A stretch of DNA of 64,000 nucleotides, taken from assembly GCA_036172245.1 (NCBI GenBank), contig JAYWIR010000003.1, positions 4,836,001 to 4,900,000 of the forward strand, given 5' to 3'. Shown in pieces: positions 1-12,123 of this stretch (the stretch's first letter is position 1; the number at the start of each line of letters is the position of its first letter). The notes beneath the pieces were generated by a model that saw only the letters and a program-made list of their open reading frames with translations, ran no database searches and was not told the DNA's origin. This DNA is from Raillietiella orientalis. Its lineage: Eukaryota. The position numbers and the translations under genes were made by a program.

Positions 1-1808
1 GGTTGCTTCTAATAATCTCCTTCTAAAAGCATCGTAAAACATAGCGCAAGGGTTTATATCATTTCTGGTGTGAGACTGAATCCCATTCTGTTGTTTCGGT
101 GCATATTAAGAGTTTTCATTTCTGATTCACGGGAGGGTGCAACGTGCATCCTTTTGAAATCAGTGGCGCAGCTTTCCACAGATGCTGTTTTTTAATGGGA
201 GTAGAGTTGGCAGTGAAATTCGAAAGGACATTCACTAACTCAGCCGGTGAAATTCCCAAGGCTCACGAAAACCGTGTCGCTCGTTTCCTTGAGCACACTG
301 TAATGATGATGATGATTCGATTACAATGGTGTGGATTGACTTCCTCGAGAGGTTGGAATTTTATAGTCAGGGGCGATTCATTTTTCAGACAGAGATCTGA
401 CGTGCAAAAGCTTCATGAGCTCAGCATCTTCATAAGATGAGGGCATTGTTGGAGCATTTTGAAACAAATAGGGGTAGATGCTAGGATGGCGATGAGATCC
501 GAGGGGGGGGGGACTCTTCTTTTTTTTTTTATAGCCCTAGTCATTGAAGTAAATCTTTTTGTTTTCCAACAGAAAGAGAGTGGTCCACATGAAGGTCACG
601 TGAAAAGAACTTTCTCGGGCATTCTTCCAGCTGTCCCAGACGCAGGTTTGGCGCATCGCGAGCCGCGAATCCGAGATGCTCCGGCTGCGGTCTCATTCCG
701 AGAAGCCTTGGCGTCGCGCACGGATCTCCTCCGCCAGACGCACGGATGTCTGCAGCATCGGCGGCCGGGACGCTCCTGCTCTGCCGTGTCCGGCAGCGAG
801 GGAGGGAGGAAAAGGAGTTATCATCCCGGCACGAGCCGGTCCCCTTCTGCATTTCGGGCCGGAAGTCCCCCCGGAACGGGGTGAATTCCGGCCCCCGCCT
901 TGCCGGGAGGAAACGGGAAGCAGCTGACGAGTCGCCGTGATGACGAAGAACGCAGGGGTACCTGCGGGAGGGCCGCCGTTCGTCCGCGGAAGAATGGGCT
1001 CCAGCAGCTCAGGACACTCAAAGCAGGAGCAGGAGCAAACCGCAAGAGGAAAGGGAGCAGGCGACCCCTCTTGGGGTGGCACGAGCGCGAGAGTCCACAC
1101 TCTTCGGGAAGACAGAAAGGACACTGGAACGAGGAGACGGGGTCGCGGAGGAGCTCTTCGTGTCCTCCTCTGAAACGTGTTCCTGGACGCTGGAAGACCC
1201 TCTGGGAGTATCCGCGTTCTTCTTCGGAGGGACCCGGACTCTGCCAGAGGCGCTCCTCCCCATCGCACCCTAGAAGGGCGCTGTCCGAAAAGGCCAGAGG
1301 AGAGTCCTTCCCCCCCTTCTGGTCCCTGAGCGACGGGGAACGGGCATCCCTTGGAGAAAGGGAGGACGACAGGAGTCCTGGGGCAATGCGTGGGTGGCGC
1401 GGCTCCCTCGGAGAAAGGGATCGGAGGAGAGTCCGCTCCGAGTCGGCCCTCGTCCGTCTCTCCGTTGGTCCTCGGGCAGCGCCATGCAGCGTTCGCAGCA
1501 GACCAGGCGGCGATACTCCTCTCCAGGGTTTGCCCAGCGGTCCAGGAGTCCCAGGGGCGCTCGACTGCTACCTCCTCTCCTCGAGGCGGCCGCGAGGGGA
1601 GGGAGGGAGGCAGAGCACGGGGACTCGGAAAGGAAATCCGGGGCTGCAGGCGGGCCGTGGAGGTGGCGCCCCGGTCCAGGGGAGAGCCGCCACGACACGT
1701 CGTCGTTCGAGGACCAGGATGGCGCTCGCGGCGGCGAGGACGAAAGGAGGGAAAAGGGTGGAGGGACTGCTGGCAACCAGTCCCGTGCCTTCCCTCCCTC
1801 CCTCCCTC

Positions 1809-1926
1809 TCTCTCGCTTCCGGCGCACATCCTCCTCTGGGACGCTCCAGGCGCAGCCACCCGTTCCCTAGGATCGGAAGCAGGGGTCCTCGCCTGGGCAG
1901 AGGGAGGAAGGAGGGAGCTTCACGGG
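1809..1926 (+). repeat. 118-bp dispersed direct repeat, copy 1
   Basis: TCTCTCGCTTCCGGCGCACATCC...GAGCTTCACGGG recurs at 3802-3919 with 2 substitutions. Confidence 0.95.
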
Positions 1927-2345
1927 AGGAGGGGCAGCAGAGGGGATAGGCAAAGGTCGGAGCCCCCCATCCCTGCCCTCCCTCTGGCGGAGACGCCCGC
2001 TTGCCTCCTTGACAGAGCGATTCCCCTGGGAAAGGCGGAGGGCGCGCGCGCACCGCACCTGTTCCCGAGCAGCCGAAAATAATCCGGGAGCCTCTCGCGC
2101 GAAGGACGCGTTCCCGCGCTCCTGGCAGGAACTTCCTCTCCGCTCGCGGCCGAGCGTGCGTCTTCCGGGCTCGCATCCGACTCCCCTTAGGACGACTGGC
2201 GCGCTGGGCGCGCGCCTCCCCTCCAGGAAACAGCAGCAGCAGCCCGCCGTCCCCGGTCTTCGGCCTGTCCCGGTGCCGTCGCTCCTTCCCTTCTACGAAA
2301 ACACTTCCCTTCCCCTCCCCCTCCCACCCCCCTGTCTCCCTGGAG

Positions 2346-2846
2346 ATGCCCCTCCTGTGGAGGAAGCCCTCGCCGGGGAGCGCCTACCGCCTTCTGAAGG
2401 TCCTCTCTTGCGCCGTCTGGGTCGTCGCACTGTCCGTCGTTCTGAGCATCCTGGGAGTTGGGTGCTACACCCTGGTAAGCAGCCGCCGCCCTCTCCTGCG
2501 CTTGTCGCGACCTCTTCTCGCCGCCCCAGGGGCATCTTTCTGTCTCCGTTTTATCGTCCCCTCCGCGCAGCTCCGACCGACGGGAAAGGCAGGCAGCAGC
2601 AGTATTCCATACCCTTCTCCGGCTCTCTCTCTCCACCCTCCGATCCCCGCTCTCTGCAAACACACACACACACACACGCAGGGAGCTTTCCGGGAAGTCT
2701 GCCCTCCTCCTCCTCCTCCTCCTCCTCCTGATTCCACGACCTCCCCTTTTCCGAGGGAGTTGCCGCCTCCCTTCCTCCAGATGAGGCGCATCGAAAGAAA
2801 GTCCACTTGCCGTGCTGCAGGGGCACTCGTCGTCGTCTCGCCCTGA
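2346..2846 (+). CDS. Candidate 2-exon single-pass membrane microprotein (~64 aa; exons 2346-2474, 2781-2846)
   Basis: ATG, then the hydrophobic run LLKVLSCAVWVVALSVVLSILGVGCYTL ending exactly at CTG|GTAAGC. A pyrimidine-rich acceptor CCTTCCTCCAG| at 2780 is in phase. No homology recognised. Confidence 0.3.
   Translation: MPLLWRKPSPGSAYRLLKVLSCAVWVVALSVVLSILGVGCYTLVSSRRPLLRLSRPLLAAPGASFCLRFIVPSAQLRPTGKAGSSSIPYPSPALSLHPPIPALCKHTHTHTQGAFREVCPPPPPPPPPDSTTSPFPRELPPPFLQMRRIERKSTCRAAGALVVVSP
2660..2729. repeat. (CA)n and (CCT)9 microsatellites
   Basis: Visible at 2660-2677 and 2703-2729. Confidence 0.9.
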
Positions 2847-3801
2847 GTACCAGTGAAGGACCTTCGTACGCCCACAGGAGTGCTTTTCCGTGCATTGGAA
2901 AAAGAAAAGGGAATGGGGTGGGGGAGTGAGCGCGCCGCCTGCTGGTTAAGGACGAACGAACGAACGCGCGCGATTCGCTTCTGCGCACTGCTCTTCATCC
3001 TCGCACGCTCTCGCGCCCTCGGAACGCAGCAGCAGAAAAACGGACGGGCGAAACCCCGCAGCCCATGCAGCCCGGACGTGGCCCGCCGGCAGAGCGCCAC
3101 CAAAACTCCTACGCCGCCGCCGGCACGGACCCGAGACGCGTACAGCCTTCCTTGAGCATCCAATGGCTCGATGAGCCGAGGCAGCCCGATTCCGGCGCCG
3201 CCCTTCAATGACGCAACAATCCGTAACGTGAAGGATTACCAACTGCCAGATTCAGGCCTTAAAAGGCGACGCCGGCGTCGGAAAAGCAGGCGACTCAGAC
3301 CGAGGAAATCTGCGTGTGCGCGTGTCAGGGAGAGAGAAGAGGAAGAGATGCGACGCGTTGCTCTGGTGATCCTTGTACTTTCGGGGATCTGAGCAAAAAG
3401 CCTTTTCAAGGAGGAAGAATGCCTTGGAATTTTAATGATTCATTCGTTTCACGTTGAAGAGGGGATGCGCAACGGTCGGGTTGCACAAGACAACCGCAAC
3501 CGTCGCTCTGAAGCGAGGAAGCACCGGTAAGCTCTTGCTCGCTGGAAACCACACGGAGGTTTGCGCCGTTGCCACGACGAACCTGGCTGCAAGATGCGTG
3601 CTTGAGGCATACGCCTGTATCTTCAGACCGAAACGGTTGGGAAATGTTTGCGACCTTCTGGAACACTTTGTGCAAACATTGATTCCGATATAGCCCCCCT
3701 CCCCTTTCCCGAGCAACGAATATAAAGATTTCTCAGGGAATTAGGTGAACAGGAATACGTTGTCTTCCCTTCAGCTCGGAACGCATTATACGCTTGCGGC
3801 A

Positions 3802-3919
3802 TCTCTCGCTTCCGGCGCACATCCTCCTCTGGGACGTTCCAGGCGCAGCCACCCGTTCCCTAGGATCGGAAGCAGGGGTCCTCGCCTGGGCAGAGGGAGG
3901 AGGGAGGGAGCTTCACGGG
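3802..3919 (+). repeat. 118-bp dispersed direct repeat, copy 2
   Basis: Near-identical to 1809-1926. GGCAT occurs at both junctions (3798-3802, 3918-3922). Confidence 0.95.
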
Positions 3920-4333
3920 CATGTACATGTCGCCAAAGATAGGGACGTTAGCTTTCCACATTTCCCGAATGCTGCTGACGACTTTTCCCCCGGTACGGAA
4001 TCGTAGGCTGTGTGGACGTCATGTCATTTCCTGAGGCGTGGCTGGGTGTGCGGTGAGCGGAATTCGGTGGGCGCCTGCGCTCTTTTCGAAATCCGAGTGA
4101 CTGGTGGACTTTGGGGGGGTCGCGTGTACCACCACACTGCCTTCTCCCCATCGTACAAACCCCATTTACCTACTGTATGCGTTTGACCATGTTTCAGATC
4201 AAGAGATTCCAGATCCCTATTATGACAGCTAAATATTTCCTGAATGCCACGTCAGGGCCGCGAAACTACAGCGAGGTAAGTGGGAAACGCTCGTGCAATC
4301 AACCCACAGCCTTTAATGTCCTTCTGTCAGCAT

Positions 4334-4725
4334 CCCCTTGAATCCACGTAGCGCCATGTAGTAGTAACTGCATCCGGGGCTAGCCGAGTACCCCCCATTG
4401 AATCCACGTAGCGACATGTAGCAGTAACTGCATCCGGGGCTAGCCGAGTACCCCCCATTGAATCCACGTAGCGACATGTAGCAGTAACTGCATCCGGGGC
4501 TAGCCGAGTACCCCCCATTGAATCCACGTAGCGACATGTAGCAGTAACTGCATCCGGGGCTAGCCGAGTACCCCCCATTGAATCCACGTAGCGACATGTA
4601 GCAGTAACTGCATCCGGGGCTAGCCGAGTACCCCCCATTGAATCCACGTAGCGACATGTAGCAGTAACTGCATCCGGGGCTAGCCGAGTACCCCCCATTG
4701 AATCCACGTAGCGACATGTAGCAGT
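4334..4725. repeat. Minisatellite: 60-bp unit, ~6.5 copies
   Basis: Unit CCCCATTGAATCCACGTAGCGACATGTAGCAGTAACTGCATCCGGGGCTAGCCGAGTACC. Lines 4381-4680 are identical and only the first copy has a few differences. No spacers. Confidence 0.98.
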
Positions 4726-7700
4726 GTGCGCACGCCGCTCTCGGACCTTTTTTTTTTTTTTTGCAATCTGATTTAGTTGGGAATAGCTGGTTACTAAGGA
4801 TTTATTGAAAGCTTATCCTTCATAATTGCTTTGCTTCGTGTCGTGCGAATGCAATGGTTGTTTTACAAACTCTTTTATTCATTTTCTTCAGAGTACCAAT
4901 AACCCTGAGGTAGTAAGGTAGCTGACCTCTAACGTCACAGTCAAAGTCGAGGGCATTCGTGCCAAGTGGAGACATTGGCTATTCCCATTAATAAAGAAAT
5001 CAGTAGACTGTCACGTGCTGATTTCTTGAAGTTTTCGATTCGCCGGGCGCAGGAGGCTCTCCGGAACGGACTCGCGGCCCACAGCAATAAAAAAAAAAAA
5101 AAAAAATGGTTCCCTGCGCCTCGAAAATGTCCCCGCGCGACGCCGCCGATGCTTCCGTCCAAACTGCGGAAGGCGAGGGCGTACCGCGCGTGAGACTGCT
5201 CCTCCCCGGAAGGCAGGCGGGAATGGGACGCGCCTCGTGGATGCGATCCCGAGTGTTTCCGGTCTCCCGTAGGCAGCTTCCGCGTTTTTGCTGGAGCGTT
5301 TCTCTGGGAGCCCTCTTGCATATCCGCATCTTTTGCCTCGCTGTTCTTACCTGCCGGTCGATCCCGAAGAGAGAAACCTGACGCTGCGAACCCAGGACCA
5401 CGCAAAACACGCTATCGTGGCGACGCTCCGCCGAATCGATTCCGCCGCGCCAACACGGAGGAATCCCCCACGCTGTCGCATCCAACTCGGCAGCATTCCA
5501 TCTCGCGAGGAGCGATTCCACGTTTCGGGAAGGGGACCTACGAGGCGACGGAAGACGCTGCGTGCCCGAGGGTTCCCTGTTCAGCTCGTTGCCGCGGGCC
5601 GGAGGATGTTGCACGCGGAGAGGTAGGATTTCGTCTTTCGCCTGCCGCCGAGTGCCAGGACACTACCGGAAGGAGTTTGTACTGATCACCCCTGCACCCT
5701 CTGCCTCAGCAAGTAGCCCGGAAGAGAGAGAGAGAGAGAGAGGCTCGTGGGCCTTCAGGAAAGGAAACACGTTCCGGCATGCTTTCTGGAACCGTCTGGA
5801 CCCATGGTTACCGTGGAGATCTGGAGCAGAAACATCACACTCTAGTCTCATGTGTCCCCTCTCCCCGTACAGTACATTAGGGGAGCGTGAGTAAGTAGCC
5901 TATGCCATCAGCGAGCCCCACGCAGAGCATAAAGAAGCGCAAGTTGTTGCGTGGGGTCGATCCAAAGACGCAGCTCGAGGACCGGGGGTCTCTGCCCGCG
6001 CCTAGACCGCTCGTTGGATTCTTGCGATGTCTTGTACGGAAGTGATTCCAGGAGCAAGCGGAGAGCACTCTTGGTTTTTACGAACCCGAGCGGATGATCC
6101 TAAGGGAACTTTTGCTTCGGGATCCCATGTGTCCGCTTGGCAAGATTTTTCGTTCGCCTCCCTCCCCCCCCTCCTCACAGTACGAAAATTTGGGATTAGG
6201 ACGATTCAGGTGCCCGCGTGACCCTTCTTTGTTCCTCGAGAAAAGGAAGAAAAAACAAATACAGCTGCGAGGTTGCATCCACGTCTCCAGAGCAGACCTC
6301 CCAACGGAAGAGGCCTTCCACCACGGCGGCGCCCCCCACCGCGTTTCCATGGTTGCTTGCCAACCCGGCCAGTGCGTTTCCGCGGTGCGCTCCGTTTCGT
6401 CGAGCCGACGCTCGCGGTCCAAAGATTGCACGCACGCGCAGAACACATCCCGAGAGAAGCTTTCGTTTCGTCGCGTGTGAGCGTGCGGATGCACTCGCGT
6501 TTTCCGGATGTCCTGTACCAGTGGAACCAGGTCTTATACATTTCATATAAGGGATTCGTAAGAAGTAACCAGGGATCTCAGCAGAAGGTGCATCATTCGA
6601 AGAAAAGAAACGGCAAAATAGAAGGACATCCTTTTCTGCGTGTTTTGTGTATGCTGCAAATGATCGCTCGTCCTCAGCTGACCGAAAATCATTAGCCATT
6701 AATTTATGAAGAAACGAAGTATCACGAGAAAGGAATACTCCGACGTGTGCCTCGGCCCCAGTTCCGGAACTGGGCGGCAGGGAGATGTTTCGGCAACGGG
6801 AAGGCACGCTGTGGAGCACCCACCCTCAAGGAACGCCGCCGCTTCGACCCCCCCAGTTCGTTCGCTCCCTTGCGCATCAGTTTGAGGTGAATCAGCACGG
6901 GGCGGGAAGAGGTCGACTCACCTCTACGCCCACGTCGTCGGGAGTGTGCAGCAAAAAAAGAGGCACCCAGCTGTTGCGCTCGTTCCGTACGCGCAGTAGA
7001 CGTCGCCCACTTTGCGTCCTCTTCCTGGTATTTCGAAACGCCCCCTCGGGTTGAAAGCAAGAAAGTGGGATGAACTGGAGTCCTCCCAGAGGAAAAGCAA
7101 ACTGTAGGGCAAGTAGCTGCCTCTTTCCTGGCGACCGTCCTCTTGGAAGAAGGAGGAGCGTCTGCAACACGGATTTTCGATCCTCGGTCTCGGTGAAGAA
7201 GGGTTGCGGCCTGTCGACGTGGCTCGCACTCGGAGGTCGAACGCGCCGTCCAACCACACCGCCCTCGCGAAAGAGCACGGGACCGAGCGGGAGCGGAACA
7301 GATTCCGGCTTGCAAGGGAACTCTCAAAGGCCAGCTGCCGAAGAGGAGGAAGCTCGGTTGCAGGCGGACGTGTTGGAGACGGGAGAGAAGGAGCGCGGCA
7401 TGCGAATGGACCGCCGGACGCGCCAACAGCGGAGTAACGGGAAAGGAAAAAACACGGTTAACGGAATGGCGCCGCCTGCTGTGCCGTCTACAAGAGACGC
7501 CTGAAATCCAGCATGCCGAAACGCGGTCCTGAGCTCACTTCTGTTGTGGAAAACACTGAAAGACCGGGACGTGTGGACTGGGACGACCACAGACGAATGG
7601 GCCCGATGCGAACCGTGGATTTCTTGCCCGTCCTGCTTAGGCACGAGAAGCTGACGTTCGTCCAGGAAGGAAGAAGAACAGCAGCAGCTTCTTGTGCGCA

Positions 7701-10522
7701 GACGTCTTCGAGCGTCCTTTTCGTTCGCAACCGCTCCAAACAGCGGTGCCAAATCGGGTGCAAGGAAGGGTGCAGTAGGCCTTCTTTAGATAAGCGCGCG
7801 TGACCTTGAGGAATGGGTCTCGGGGAGGCAAAGCCAAAAAGAGATTGCTTAGCATGACAGCACAAACAAAGTTTTTTGAAAGGATGATGCAGAAGAACCA
7901 CAGGACCATGGTGGCAGGCGTCCTTGACTGTGCTCCACGGAGCGTTTCCAAGTAGAACGTCATGACTCTCTCGTGAACACGCAATTTGCCTTAAATTGAT
8001 CCCCAAAACAAGATAAATACGAAGGAGTGGCAGGAGAAACACGGAATTCGTTCCACCGACATCCATTGAATTTCACCTTAACAGACCTCCGAAGAATAAA
8101 ACGGAAGTTTGAAACCGAAATTTAGAAGCTGAAGTGTGAACGAAGGTGGGTGATTTTCGTATCGTTGGTTTCGCTTGTCGCAGCGGTGTTGCGTTTACCG
8201 GTGGGGGGACCTGGATGCCCCACGAGCTCCTCAGGCAAGCGATCGAGCACATTTTCCAGTGCCACACATCATGAAGGGAATCACGGAGTGCCACAGACGG
8301 TTTTTTTTTCCTTTTTTTTTTTTTTTTCTTCTTCTTCTGCTGCTGCTGCTGTTCCCTTTTTCGTTCAGCAGTCGAGGATTCGATCGTTCGTTTTTGATTT
8401 CGGCCCCACCGCAAGGCGCTCCTCGCTGACCTGTCCCAGCTCCGAGGTGCCTCTGCGCCTTTATCTAGCGACGTGGGATGCCTGTGAACAGGACGCACTT
8501 CCGGGACGTACGCGACGGTGCAGGGCGAAACGTGACCCGCCCGCCTCTGTCGAAGGCCGAAAAGACTCGGTGCAGAGCAGCAGCGAGGGAAAAGGTCGCC
8601 GTTTTGGAAGCAAAATCCAGAGAGTCAGCAACGCAGCTGGACAGGGATTTCAGGCATTCTTACTTGCTTAAGGGGTGCTGACCTCTGGGGACATCCAAGG
8701 AAGCCTGGTCTTCCCTGGCGGGGCTAGCTTGCTGCCCTCTGGCAATCCTGAGTCATCTCGAGCCCAGTTAGCACTTCGACTCCCCTTTACAGAAGTTGCT
8801 GAAATATCTGTTGAAGAGGCGGGTCGGGGCTGGTCCCTTTTTTTTTTTTGGCTAAGGAAGGAAACTGAAAATCATACTTTTAATCTAGGGTAACAGCTGA
8901 ACGCGCACATAACGAGCTGCTCGACCTAGTATTTCTGATTCAGTATCGACGTCACTTTCAAAAAAAAAAAAAAAAAAAGATTATAATCTCTCCTGTAATT
9001 GCTCATCGTTCCGTCCGAAAGTTATCTGCAATTTTGGGCAGGCCAGGTGAGGACTTTGACAAACAAAATTACATTTTCCTTTTCCACTTCTGGATTTAAG
9101 AACTTTCATCCACCGACGCCATTTTTGTTTCCGTCAGCCTTTCCGTCTTCTGCTTTATCCAATGTCTTCATTGGCGTCTTTAAAAACTGTTGGTCACACC
9201 AAGACAAATTGTTTTGTGTGTGCGTGAAAACCGCGAGAGAATTTACGTTTTTAAGTATGGTAATTTCTATTCATTTAATATATATATATATATATATACT
9301 TTTTTTTCTTTTACGTGATCTAGTTTTACACAACTCTTGCTTTTTCCCGTATCCAGAATTAAAGCATGTTATGTTCAAGCATCATTGTGAAATCAGTCGG
9401 AGAGGGATGGAACCTTCCAGATCGACCGGGAAGTCATTTTCGGAAGTCCGAATGACACGATTTTCACCCCAATCCTCGAAAAGCCAAATTCGGTCTTCGC
9501 CATTAGCCCACGATCGCTTCAGAGACGAGCTGCAGGAAGAGTTCGGAAAGATGCCAAACACAGATTTGGAGCTTCGACGTCATGCCCTGAGGGTTTTCAA
9601 TAGGCTTCATGCCCCCCTACTGCCTCTCTCTACCATTTCCCCCCTCCGCCCCCCCCCCCTTTCCTGCAAAACTTTATCAGTTGCGGAACAACCGATCGAG
9701 CATACTCTCCCGCAGGGTGTCGGGTCCCGCCCAGAGCTCCGCAACGCGATCGAAACGGATGAGAGTGTTCCCCTGGGCGACGGATCTCACGCAGATCTCA
9801 TCTTTTCCAGAACTTCACTTTGCCCGACTGCCTGGAACCACATTGCCAGTACGCGCCCTGCGACCTGCCCAACTGCACCGACCCCTGCGCGGGAAACTGC
9901 TCGGCTGCATTTTTCGGGTACCCCGGTGGAGACTAGCGCTCCGTGTTTCAAGATGGCGTGCCTGGACTTTTGTTTACGTGTGCGGGACCCACGCATTCCG
10001 AGCTCGGCGGTTCCCGGCTTCTGGAGAGGCAGCGTCCTTGGCAGTCCGGAAGAGGTAGGGTTCCTCCTCCTTGGCATGTGGTGGTGGCGGCGGCATTCCA
10101 CCCTCGTGTGGGTGGGCGTGAGCAAGTTTCGGTTCGTGGCTCTGCGTGAGTGAGGACGTTTCCTCGGGTGGTGCCGGGGACGACTTGGGAGTGGTAAAAC
10201 AGCACTTCTCCTCGATTCGTTGCGGTTAATGAATGGGATCGGCAAATGCAGTGTTCTTTGATTCTGTGTACGTGGAGGAAGAGGAGGATAAAGTGTTCTT
10301 TTTTTTTTTTTTTTTTTTTGCGTTGAAAAAAAAAATACGGTGTTTGCAAAAATATGGTTCCGAGAGTTCATCCGCTTGAAATCGTGGGGGTTTTTGTTTT
10401 TGTTTTTTTTCTTTCTTTCTTTCGTATTTTGAAAGCCATGGTAATCACATCCAGAAGTGTTTGCTCGTTTGATCTTTCCGGATTCTGTCAGTGGCTCATA
10501 ATGTTGTTTCCTCAGCGTCGTG

Positions 10523-10804
10523 ATGCCTCTCTTGGGAGCAGCTTCAGAAATTGATGCGTCATCGCCCGAGATCGACGAGATCGTCAAGTTCGCCATAGAG
10601 ACTGTGAACGTGGAGAGGTTCTCTCACAAACCCCTTCAGCTCGTTAGTGTGAAGCATGTCGAAAAGCAGCTGGTGGCTGGCCACAATTACAAAATACGTG
10701 CCTTAGTTAAAAACGAAGCGGAAGAGTTCCACTGTAAATTCGTAGTGTATCACAAGCCTTGGGCAGGACACAAAGAGTTAACCAGCTTCGAAGTCGAGAA
10801 GTGA
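10523..10804 (+). CDS. Cystatin-family cysteine protease inhibitor (single domain, 93 aa from this ATG; an upstream exon is possible)
   Basis: N-terminal LLGA, central QLVAG (QxVxG) followed by NYK, and a C-terminal PW motif (KPW). An acceptor TTTCCTCAG at 10515 precedes the ATG. ATTAAA at ~10832. Confidence 0.9.
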   Translation: MPLLGAASEIDASSPEIDEIVKFAIETVNVERFSHKPLQLVSVKHVEKQLVAGHNYKIRALVKNEAEEFHCKFVVYHKPWAGHKELTSFEVEK

Positions 10805-11657
10805 TTGCAAAAAGTATGTTTGTACGATTTTATTAAAAGAGTTGTACCAGGAAGTGGTGTGCGTTTTACTGTGTGCGTGTGTTACTCCGGAAACGAATTG
10901 GACGTTGGGCGAAACACGACTGCGTGGTTGGTGCGACTCCCCGTGCCGCCGCAGCAGTTTTCACAGCAGCCTCCTGTGGTGGGGTCACCCTGCTCGCCTC
11001 GGATTCGGGAAAGTGCACAAACTGTTCTCACGGGGCGCTTACATGGCTTGCGGGTTCTTTTTCTTTCAGCCAGTGCGAACCTGACGTCCACCTCTATGCA
11101 AAGTCGCAATCCGTGTGGAAGCCCCACCGTCTGTGTAGGGTTTCGAAAAGGTTTACCCTTCTCTCTATAGCTCGTCCCCACATGCCGTAAGGATTCGCAT
11201 TGCTACGCAAAGTCGAGAAGCGCCGATGGAGCAGAAGGGCCGACTCGGAAAGAGCACCTGACCATGCCGCCCTCAGCAGGGAGCATCGCGAGGCCATCCG
11301 CGCACCATCTTACCTCGGAGGCAAAAGCCTGAAGTGGAGCAGCACGTTGGCGTTCTCCGTGGTCTCCACCGGCGATACAAACCGAGACCTCGGTTTCATC
11401 GCTCCTTATATGCGGAGCGCTCGTTAGGTGTCCGTGGTGATTGGTGCAGGTTGACTTGACCACGCGTACGGACGTTCCTTTTGCCGCCAGCGTGCGCCGG
11501 GGACTCGTCGCTGTAGGGTGTGGCTGTGTGCCAGCCGTCACGTATTTACGTTATCGACAATCAAATAATTCAAATTACGAAAGTTTACGTTCCGAAGTTC
11601 CATTCAGTGTTTACGGCGTGTTGGTTCGTTCTCGGAAGGCCGAAATGCTAATTGCAC

Positions 11658-11702
11658 GTGTGTGTGTGTGTGTGTGTGTGTGTTTGTCGTCGTCGTCGTC
11701 GT
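11658..11702. repeat. (GT)n plus (GTC)n microsatellite
   Basis: Visible directly. Confidence 0.9.
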
Positions 11703-12123
11703 TTCGCGCGTCTTTGTTGTCAGCCAACTTTTTGCTCGTCATGCACAGAATCCAGAGACTGGCGCGCCATCGGTTCCGTGCAAGAAGGATGTGTGGGTTG
11801 ACCCCCTAGAAGCATGCGTTCGTTGCCCACGACTGCTGCGTCACCTGAGGTCTTGCAGATCGAGTTCGCCGTTGACCTCCGCTCTCGATGCGTTCTCGAG
11901 CCTTCTTCGTACGCCGAGCTCGTTTGGAGTGGCAACCAGAAGAAGAAGTGGGGATGCCCCAGGTTTTGTGCGCGATAACCCCTAGCAGAGGGAAAAGGCG
12001 AGCTGGCGGTTAATTACAAGAACGTAGAACTCGTGTTCGAAAAGTTGTGCCACTTGCTTCATGAGAACACACCTATTCGTACGTATATCAATAGTCGCTT
12101 GAGGCTGTGCAAAACGGATGCAA

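Noticed and set aside
693..3208. Long overlapping ORFs (up to 388 aa) on both strands
   Set aside because: R/G/P/S-rich translations in several frames at once are expected from stop-poor GC-rich DNA. No domain recognised.
3348..3530. Signal-peptide-like MRRVALVILVLSGI followed by an in-frame TGA (selenoprotein or readthrough?)
   Set aside because: The downstream frame is short and unrecognisable, and no SECIS was identified.
4334..4725. CRISPR array or tandem ribozyme (hammerhead/twister)
   Set aside because: The units are contiguous and identical with no spacers and no cas genes, and no CUGAUGA/GAAA or twister core is present.
4906..4930. TGAGGTAGTA, resembling the let-7 5' end
   Set aside because: The match stops after ~10 nt and there is no star arm or pre-miRNA hairpin.
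8999..10153. 384-aa ORF upstream of the cystatin
   Set aside because: TTG start, runs through a (TA)n microsatellite and low-complexity tracts, no recognisable domain.
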